DNA from: Octopus sinensis
Lineage: Eukaryota
Reading direction: 5' to 3'
DNA: 64,000 bases
Assembly (NCBI RefSeq): GCF_006345805.1
Contig: NC_042997.1
Span: 13,020,001 to 13,084,000, forward strand
The notes under the pieces were generated by a model, which was given only the letters and a program-made list of their open reading frames with translations, did not search any database and was not told where the DNA came from. This document shows, piece after piece, positions 54,150 through 64,000 of the stretch. The first letter of the stretch is position 1. The number at the start of each line of letters is the position of its first letter. The position numbers and the translations under genes are program-made.

Positions 54150-54372
54150 GTGTGACCCTTCTGTCCGAGTCAGACGCCATGATAGATCGTTAGCCATTGC
54201 ACACATTTTTTTCTCTCCTTGTTTCTCTACTTTTTTCTGTGTCCCTTTCTGTAGAAGAGCGTAGGCTCGAAACGTAAGAGACTTTTTCTATTCCTGAGCG
54301 TTATACTAATACATCTGTTTGTTTTGTGCACCACCTGTCTTCATCTTTTGTTGTTTTTTTCGTAGATTCTCC

Positions 54373-54373
<1 letters not shown>
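54150..54373 (+). mobile_element. Solo PLE tail with intact-looking hammerhead
   Basis: Homologous to 7713-7950; ends at (CT)n/(TA)n. Confidence 0.88.
54245..54280 (+). ncRNA. Minimal type I hammerhead motif, core CUGUAGA, GUA triplet
   Basis: CUUU-CUGUAGA-A-GAGC(GUAG)GCUC-GAAA-CGU-A-AGAG. Confidence 0.78.
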
Positions 54374-54451
<78 letters not shown>

Positions 54452-54744
54452 CTAGCAGTATCGCCCGGCATTGCTCGGGTTTGTAAGGGAAATAACTATA
54501 TAAGCATTTTTAGAGAGTTATTTCTCTTATATAATAGCAAAAAAATGCATTAAAAATGGGAAAATTATGGTAATTTTTTTTAATCGTAGACTCATCGTAG
54601 ACGCGCGCTAATACCCAGAAGGGCTCGATATGAATCACGACTATAAGATACCCGCTTTTGGTTACACTGCACCGCAAAATGTGGGAGTAGTTAGGAATCT
54701 AAATCGTCGGAGACAGACACACAACTTCACTTTTATATATAAGA
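54452..54744 (-). mobile_element. Non-autonomous Helitron (293 bp)
   Basis: Minus: A|TC start, CCCGAGCAATGCCGGG hairpin, CTAG|T end. Confidence 0.88.
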
Positions 54745-54747
54745 TAT

Positions 54748-54852
<105 letters not shown>

Positions 54853-56008
54853 GTATGTATGCATGCATGTACGTATGTATGTAGGTATTATGTATGTATA
54901 TATACATATACATGCATAACATATATTTTATTTAAAATCCTAGGTAAAGTAGTGGCATAAACGTCTAGGCCCTAAGGAACTCTTATTACTTAAATGTTTC
55001 TATGTGTATGTGTGTGCATGCTTGCAAACGTGTGTATATACTTATGTGTGCCTGTAGCCACACACATACGCCTACGTACATGTATATACGTGTGCGTATG
55101 TGCGTGTATATGTATATATATATACATCTGTATATATGTTTGTTTGTATATACATACAGAGAGAGAGAGAGAGAGAGAGAGTTACAGAGATTTACAATGT
55201 GTATTCTTATGTGTGCATGTGTCTATTTATATTCGAATTTTATGTGATAGAAAATGCATTTCAACATAGAAATTAATGACTTTCAAAGACTTTTAAGCAT
55301 GCTACTAAATTCAGCAGTAGATCTAAAACAGGAGAGAAAATAACAAGGAAAACAATAAGCATTGCTCAAAGCTGTAGTTCTAGCCGCAAGGTAAAGTATG
55401 TTTTAATGGAAACGGAACTAGCTGCTAAATAATCGCTTCTTGTTGTTGCTTTATAGCCTTCCTTTAATTTCAGCAACCTAAAGTAAAAATAAAGATTTCG
55501 CTTCTAGCTAGCATTTACGGAAAACATTAGCCGTAAGCTATTTCTTTTATTCTGTTTCGTTCACTCTCTTTGTATCGTGTTTCATTCTTGTCGTCTTTTT
55601 AATTTCCTAACTTAAAATTGTAACCTGTAACTGTTTTCTAACAATACAATCAGATTATCTTTGCAGCAAATCTTCAAGTACATCATTATGTTACTTTATG
55701 GATATTTTCAGAAATAACATTTACAAATAATCATGCACTAGCTAGAATCTATTTCAAGCAGCATTTCTTCTAGTACAATACTAAACATTAGAGGTTTCCA
55801 TTACTTGTATGAAGATATGTATTCTGTTATCTACCGAATAATAAAACTAGTCTCTGCTTGTTTTATTTCTTTCTTATATACGTTTTATGCTGATATAAAT
55901 ATTACTATACTTCAATCCATGTTAAAATAAGCTACAAGCAGGTTATTCTTTACGTAAACTGGCATTTATGTAAATGCTCTCAAACATATGCAGATATAAA
56001 CATATCTA

Positions 56009-56068
<60 letters not shown>

Positions 56069-56668
56069 AGTCTATTTGTCCATCTTTCTATCTATATATT
56101 TATTCCCCCTCTCTTCGCCCTTGCTCTCTCTCTTTCATATATATATATATATATGTGTGTGTGTGTACACATGCATACATACATACATACATATACACAT
56201 ACATACACACATTCACACATATATAATTATATATCTTTTATCTTCTGCTGGTTGCAGCGAGAGGCTCAGACCACGCTGGGGCACCGTCTTTCAGTGTACA
56301 TGGGTTTCTTTCCTTTGCGAGTTCTGGTGAAGTAGCGAGTTGTAAAGAGCTGCTGTTCTTTGTGCCTTGAGCCACGACGTGGGTTCATCTGATATTTCAG
56401 ATTAAAATTTTGTGGCCTTTCCCAAATATTTCTCCTAGTGAAGGAAGCCGGTTTATGATTGATTGCATACCTATGTTATTTTGTACATTCCATCCGCTAC
56501 TTATAAACAATACGAATAGTACGTAATTCCAAAGTTCAAGAAACAGTTGTCGAGTTAAAATACTATGCATTCTCTCTTGAGTATACAGTATTTTTTGTGC
56601 TCTATGTAAATATATTTGTCTCTCTCTATAAATATCTATGTGCTTGTACATATGTGATTATCTTCTGA

Positions 56669-56699
<31 letters not shown>

Positions 56700-56744
56700 T
56701 GTATGTATGTATGTATGTATGTATGTATCTATCTATCTATCTAC

Positions 56745-56801
<57 letters not shown>

Positions 56802-57619
56802 AATCTATGTATGTATATGTGTGTGCGTGTGTATGTATTTGTATGCGTATATGTATATATGCTTATACATATATATATATATATATCAAACATAGCAGGG
56901 TTTATGTGTATCTCTTATTATATGTATGCGCGTGAATGTGTGTGTATGTGTAAAGTATTATAGTTTCATAATTTAGCGGTGAGATAGTTGAAAAAATATC
57001 ACTCGATACATTAAATTAAATTATGAAGTTATTTTTTTAAGGGAACAGTTGACAGTCATTTTGAAGTTTCGGTGACTAATGAAATCTGAGTTATACACAT
57101 ATTTGTGTCAATTAATTTCTTTAATGAATTAATTTATGAAATTTTTCAGCATAAAAAATTGTATCCCTTTAATCATCCTTTCGTAACCGTCTTTCCCGCT
57201 TCTTTGAAAGTTCGCATGTTGAGCATTGAGGAAAGAGATATTTGAAGTTTCGTTAATGCGCAAGTGATAGAAGTTTTAGCAAAAATCCAAAAGTCTTATA
57301 CATTTCATTTATGACTATCTAGAAACCAATAACGTAGCCTTATAGTGAAATGCACAGGAATTATAATCGTTAATTTCTCCCAATAGAGTAAACCGATTAT
57401 ACATTACCTAATACGGCCTTCTTATATTTAGGTTGTTATGGTATCATCTGTAGGGCATGTAGATGTTATTAATACCTTTTCATTACCTAATCTAAAAGTA
57501 GCATCTATGCTAGAAAATATAGAAACTGCTAAGTTTTTATTGTTATTATAATTATACCAATGGACGGTGCTGAGTTGTCAAACATTTAAACCAAATTTTC
57601 TCAAAACAACTTGTCTGAC

Positions 57620-57907
57620 CGTCGCATAGGCCTCACCTTTGAGAAACACTGATTTAACCGAAATTTGAGACACCAAGAAAAGAAGAAATAAAGATAGACT
57701 TTTTTTATATTCCAAAGAAAAACGATTTCCCACGGCTTTATCGATCGCATTCTCATCTGGAATCAATTTTTGTAATTTTTTCAAGACTTATACATACATG
57801 CTCTGATACTGTCGGTGTCAACATATCAAATTCGAGCGCAATCGGATGGAGGATGCCCGAGACCCTAGAAGCCACAGACACAGACAGAACGGATTTTATA
57901 TAAGAGA
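57620..57907 (-). mobile_element. Probable Helitron 5' fragment
   Basis: A|TCTCTTATATAAAA...tgtctgtgtctg start resembles the 54744 element; no 3' hairpin-CTAG found, so the left boundary is approximate. Confidence 0.45.
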
Positions 57908-58514
57908 TTGGCTGCATGACTAAAAGACGCATTTAAAATGTTTACCTCGTTGCTCCCTACTTACCAGCAGATGTTGGCTTAGTTGACAGAATCTTCGAAG
58001 TTACTGTCAATACTATTCTTGTTAAATAATAATAAATTTGTACCCAAATAAATGTGTCGAGTACTCCTTAATCTTAATGTACAATTGTTTTTATTATAAC
58101 ATAAAAACAAATATTAATCCGTGTGCGTGTGAATGTATGTGCGTACGTGAATACGCATTATATTTAGTGTAAAACATATCAATCTCTGTGACTTGTTCCA
58201 TCCGTTTATGTCAAAATCTTTTGTTAGTCATTGATATAAAAGTGATGGATAAAACAGGTTCCAGATATGAATGAATACTGGTGTATACATGATTGACTTC
58301 TACCCTTGAGAGTAATAACTAAGCATATCACAACTTATCAACTGAAACCATTAAAATAATAAAAGGATTACTACGCCACAAATCAAGATTTGTTTAATGT
58401 TAACATATATTAATTTCTTTTCAAGCCTTCGATTAGCATTTGTTGGGTCTCGTTAGGTTATGACAATTTCTTTTACTCAATTACTTTTGATGGTAATTTA
58501 GAATACTGCGTCCA

Positions 58515-58700
58515 TGATTGCAAAATCGTGCTTTTGATTCCTGCACCGGGCGGTGTTCTTGAGCAAAACACAATTATGTTCTTATATTGCAACACTCCAC
58601 TCAGGCGTAAATGAGTTAAACTCCGACGGATTAGTACCATATTATTAGGGTTGGGTCGCTCATTTACATGTCATGTAAACTGGTTGAAACTCACTATAAG
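58515..58700 (+). mobile_element. Highly degenerate tRNA-SINE
   Basis: tttgattcctgcaccgggcggtgttcttgagcaaaacac. Confidence 0.45.
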
Positions 58701-60959
58701 TCCTAGGGCTGAAGAATCAAAACATATATTTGATGGCAACTGTTTGAACCCACATTTTTACTACTAAGCTAATGTGATTTTTTAAAAGTCCGAATATTAC
58801 AATTGGGATAATCTTATTGAGAATGCTTTTAATGGACATAATGAATACTATTTCCCTTTTCTGCAACCTCTTGTTTAGTCTCTATAAGGGGTAAATCACA
58901 GTACAAAAGATGTCGTGTACTGATAAGGTATCTCTGCCTTTACTATTTTTCTTCTTTAGTTAATAAGTTAGAGTGGTTTGTAGCTTGAAATAGAAAATGA
59001 ACAGATTTGCCCCATAAATCTAATATAAGTTTTCTTAAATGAATTCTTCAATGTTAAAGAGATTTAGATTATATTTATGATTAGTTTGTTTAACGTACTT
59101 TTAAGTTTTAATAAGAAAGTTAGTGATATCAAAGAGTTTCTGCTACTATTTGGTAAGCTGACCACTCGTGCAAAAGCTTCCTTATTGGCTTGATTGAGCT
59201 TTGTCTTACTTTAACATCGTATTAATCAAAATAAATGCATTAATTTGTATTATATCACGAAGTCGCATCGACCATCACTGGATATAGGTCATCACTGCAA
59301 TTCTCCAAAACTTTTGGCGCCGTGTTTTTATGTCCTATTATTTCGAAATATATCACATTCATACCTCTGTTTTGCTCTTTGCATTTTCCTATAACATTTC
59401 CAGTTTCTGTCAATCCAATGTGTTAATTCAAATCCATATTTCGTTTTATAGTTCTCCACGCCTAAAATGGCCGTAAGTATACAGAGCTGTCCATAGTATA
59501 TATCACTGTTTATTTGTCGTGACCATGGTCACAAAGAAGAATGAATGTTTGGGATAATCAATTGTTTGGAAAAACGTCTGTAAAAGCTAAAATCGTACGT
59601 AAAATTATCAACCTGATCTGATGTGAAATATACATTTCCATGAATGGAAGCGGTATTCATAAGCATTAGGATTCGTATGCATTCTCTCTATTTTGGGAAT
59701 TCTGAATTGACAGAAATAAGACAAATTTACGGAGATGTACTTGCATAGCAAGTGATTTGATCTGAGATCGTGTGCTGGAACGAGAACAATTGCAGCGTGG
59801 AAGGTGTTTGTAAGCCATTTAAGAAACACACAAAAGCCGTTCGATTCACTTCAACATTTAAGTTTAATTTGTCAAAATATTTTCGTCGCTATAAGACCGC
59901 GATCTGTTCACTGACAAAAATCCGTATGAACTGAAATTTACTTGCTCATCGGAGTAAGGAATTAAAATGCTAGAGGAAACAGTTTAGCAACTCTCTAGAA
60001 AATGGTGAACATTTCAAGTCCATAAAATTTTCTTAAGGGAATATTCATCATTGTTAGCTAAGAAGATAATATCTAAAAAGTTATTTTGGACATATTTTAC
60101 CTAATTAATGAGGTGTAGTCTTCGGAAATATGCTTTGCTCACTGGGGAGAGATTTTTATAATGAATTTTGGACATAATAATGTCCATATTTATAAAAAGC
60201 GATCTAAGGAGAAACAACTGGAATATACTAATAGAATGAAGCTAGATAACGTCAAACAATTTCTCTCACCAAGAAAATATATTTCTTCTGAGAAACAATT
60301 ATTTGGCATGTTTATTCTTAATACATTCTGGCAGGTTGAAATGCAAATATGCTAGTCACTCTTGTAATTGTCATAGAAAGCTCTGTTACGACGCTAGTAT
60401 GTTCATAACATACGCGGCTTTTTGGCGCAAGGTTTTCTAGTACACCGGTGTGTCGACGTGCATCTCGAATAGCGTTAAGAAATGCAGTACACTTTAGAAT
60501 CGAAATAGCACCAAATAAGCGACAGATATGTATTTTCCCGTATGACGGCTTCTTAATCTCACGTACTCGTGCCATATCCGAATCGATATCGAATCAACTG
60601 CATCTATTGTGTAGCTGGAAGTTTGCTCTGCTTATACGGAATCGGTGATAACCAGTCTATTTTTTATACACAACACTGTATACTTCAGTCAAGCTGATTC
60701 AATCTCGTTTCTAAAATATCATGAGTACGTGATATTGATAGACCGCAAACATAGCGAAACACGTATCTGTCACTCTCGCAACAACTTCTTAGAGGATTTC
60801 GTTCCTTCGAGTTCCAATTCATATTTTATTCTTTTAACACAATAGATGTATACAGGGATTTTCCTGGATGAAAACCACAACCTCTATCTCTCAACTACTC
60901 ATATAAGTTAAGTGATATCGTTTTAAAGTTTATATAGAGATACTCGGACAGATAGATAC

Positions 60960-61025
<66 letters not shown>

Positions 61026-61038
61026 ACTAGATAGATAA

Positions 61039-61073
<35 letters not shown>

Positions 61074-62972
61074 TATAAGTTTTCATGCGTTATTCCTACG
61101 CATACAGACACATAAGCACATACACACAGATACACACACACACACATATATATATTCGCACGTATATTTATGCATGTATGCATGTACATGTATATATGTA
61201 TCTTTATCACAAAATATCACAATATAAACATATAGGCATGCCTTTAATGATGCACTTTTCCGATTATCTTTTATATTAGTAGATGCATGAGCACATTATA
61301 AGCTGATAATATTTGTTCTTCTTTTACCGGATATGGAATCAGAAATGTCAAGTACAATAACACTTTTATTTATGAGATATCTTCAAATTTTAAATAAACA
61401 GTCAACACATAAATACACGTACGTATATTTTATAGGTATATGTAAATGTGTGCATATATGTGTATATATGCCAATATCTATATAAGTGTGCACGCGTAAA
61501 TAGTGTGTGTATGTATGGATGTTTGAGTAGTTGTGTCTGTGCACATGTGTGTCTATACGTGTTGTTAAAGTATGCAAATGGCCATACTAGCTGTACCTTA
61601 GAATTAAATTCATACCTTATTTCGAGAGTACATAAATATACGCGATTGCAAACGTACAGATAGACATGCACATACACACACACTTAGATACTCGAAAATA
61701 CACATATCGACATACAGTTACATATAAAGCGGGGCTGTGAGGTTGAAAGTGATGGAGGTGTGACAGAAAAAGCAATATAGATATAGAGAAGGAAGACAGG
61801 CAGAATGTTTTTCCTGACGTCATTTCGTTTTCGAATCTCTGTTAAGTCCTTACACGTCTAATTCTTGCGTCTTTTGAAACTCGCATTCTCATTCTCATTG
61901 TATGCTTTCTTCTTTGTATCGATTCTCTCTTTATCTCTCTTTATTTTCACTGTATTAATAGCGGTTTAGATAGATGTGAAAAGTAGCCTAAAGTAGAAGA
62001 AAGAAGAAAAAACAACAATCTTGATATAAAAGACAAAAGAACGAATACTTGCTGGAATTCTCGCCGGCAACCTGAAACTTTCTGCGAACTATTATGTATA
62101 TTATGCTATTACATTTATATGTATGTCAAAAGATATTTATCTCTCAGTTTTTGAAAGGATACTGAAATGTAATGTAATCAATGCTAAAGGTCTAACCCAA
62201 AGGTAAAACTAGGTTTAATTATCACACATACAATTCCGTTTATCTTTTACATCGCGCAAAATATTGAAAATATAATGAAAGTAGAGTGGGCCGTATGATA
62301 GAAATTATAATAGGAAACACACATACAAAAAAACAATAACCACTGTAACATCAACTGCAGTAGCAGCATAGCAACAACACAACTTATATGGGACTGCATC
62401 CACAGGCCAATATTGTTACATTTTAGTTCAGCATAGAATGAAAATGACAAAGACAAAGCCAAAGACGAAGATAATAGAGAATGAAATGACTCAATTGAAT
62501 AGAAGCTATCATCATTGAAGAATTTACATTTACAGACGAAAGATAGATGAATTAAAACTTCACCGTTAGGAACGTATCCGAAAATAGAAATATGAAAAAT
62601 AAAAGAACAGACATAAGATTGAATAAGTAATGAAACAATTGACATCTATATTACCAATGCGTTTCATGGACTATAACCTAGAGCACACGTAGTCTCCGAA
62701 AATAATAGTGAAGCACTGTGTGTAACTGTGATGATTTCACGAGAGAGAGATAGATTGGTAAATGTCAGTGCTGACAATAACACCGATATATTTCAAAGCA
62801 AAATTTTGTAAATTTGTTTGAGCGAAACTAAAGAACAAATCCCAATTCATAGACTTTAAAGATAAGGATTAAAACAGCAATCCCCCCAAAAATGATGTAG
62901 TCACGTAGTCACGTTTCAGATTCATATCTAGATACATAAACACTCACAAAGTCACGCATACATACATGTGTG

Positions 62973-63072
<100 letters not shown>

Positions 63073-63074
63073 CT

Positions 63075-63906
63075 CTTTTATTTACTCTTGTATTCTTTTT
63101 CTTCTTTTAGTCATTTGACTGCAGCCATGCTGGAACACCGCCTTTCCAACGACCACTGGTACTTATTCTATAAGTCATTTTTGCTGCACCACCAAGTTAC
63201 GGAGACGTAAACACACCAACATCGGATGTCAAGTGACTGTGGTGGCGACTGGCACAGTTACAAAGACACACACATAAATATGCATACATGCATATATATA
63301 CGAAGGCGTCCTTCAATTTCCTTTTACCAAATCCACTCACAACGCTTCAGTCGGTCCGAGGCTATATAGGTTCCACACAGTGAGACTGAAGCCATGTGGT
63401 TGGGAAGCAAGCTTCTTATCATCTAGCCACTCCTGCGCCTATGTATGTATGTATGTATGTATGTATGTATGTATGTATGTATGTATGTATGTATGTATGT
63501 ATGTATGTATGTATATTTTCTCTTTTACTTGTTTCAGTCATTTGTTGGAGCACCGCCTTTAGTCAAGGAAATCGACCCCAGGAATTATTCTTTGTAAGCA
63601 TAGTCTTATTCTATCGATCTTTTTTCCGAACTGCTAAGTTACGGGGACGTCACGCCAACATCGGTTGTCAAGCGAAGTTGGGGGAACAAACACAGACACA
63701 CACACACACACACATACACATATATATATATATATACACATATACGACGGGCTTCTTTCAGTTTCCATCTACCAAATCCACTCAAAATCTTTGGTCGGCC
63801 TGAGGCTATAGTAGAAAGCACTTGACCAATGTGCCACGCAGTGGGACTGAACGCGGAACATATGGTTGGCAAGCAAGCTACTTAGCACACAGCCACTCCT
63901 GTGCCT
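63075..63906 (-). mobile_element. Two adjacent family C SINEs (about 63075-63440 and 63515-63906) separated by (TATG)n
   Basis: Two tail-to-head motif sets in the same orientation. Confidence 0.88.
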
Positions 63907-63915
63907 ATATATATA

Positions 63916-63986
<71 letters not shown>

Positions 63987-64000
63987 GTACTCCTGCGCCT

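Noticed and set aside
61815-61822. TGACGTCA CRE-like palindrome
   Set aside because: A single 8-mer is expected by chance in 64 kb and there is no supporting context.

Overview
AT-rich, microsatellite-saturated animal DNA made almost entirely of mobile-element debris. The tRNA-derived SINE families suggest an Octopus-like coleoid cephalopod, which is an inference and not verified. No intact protein-coding gene is visible, only a few weak minus-strand exon candidates. Penelope-like elements (PLEs) dominate. There is one near-full-length frameshifted copy (7.7-11.6 kb, minus), a divergently oriented 5'-truncated relative (14.4-16.5 kb, plus), a second lineage with an inverted 5' piece (42.9-44.7 kb), further RT, GIY-YIG and N-terminal fragments, and solo tails carrying minimal hammerhead ribozyme motifs. 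Also present are three tRNA-SINE families, RTE, HERO-like, Gypsy and Tigger remnants, hAT and mariner MITEs, and non-autonomous Helitrons. Most notable are: (1) a hammerhead family whose four copies all have U at core position 6; (2) a HERO-like 3' UTR with both hammerhead core halves in an order matching no circular permutation; (3) a self-nested SINE trimer joined twice at the same GGTATTT site; (4) recurrent fold-back PLE ends at (TA)n; (5) PLE-SINE chimeric junctions. Most ORFs in the supplied track are microsatellite artefacts.
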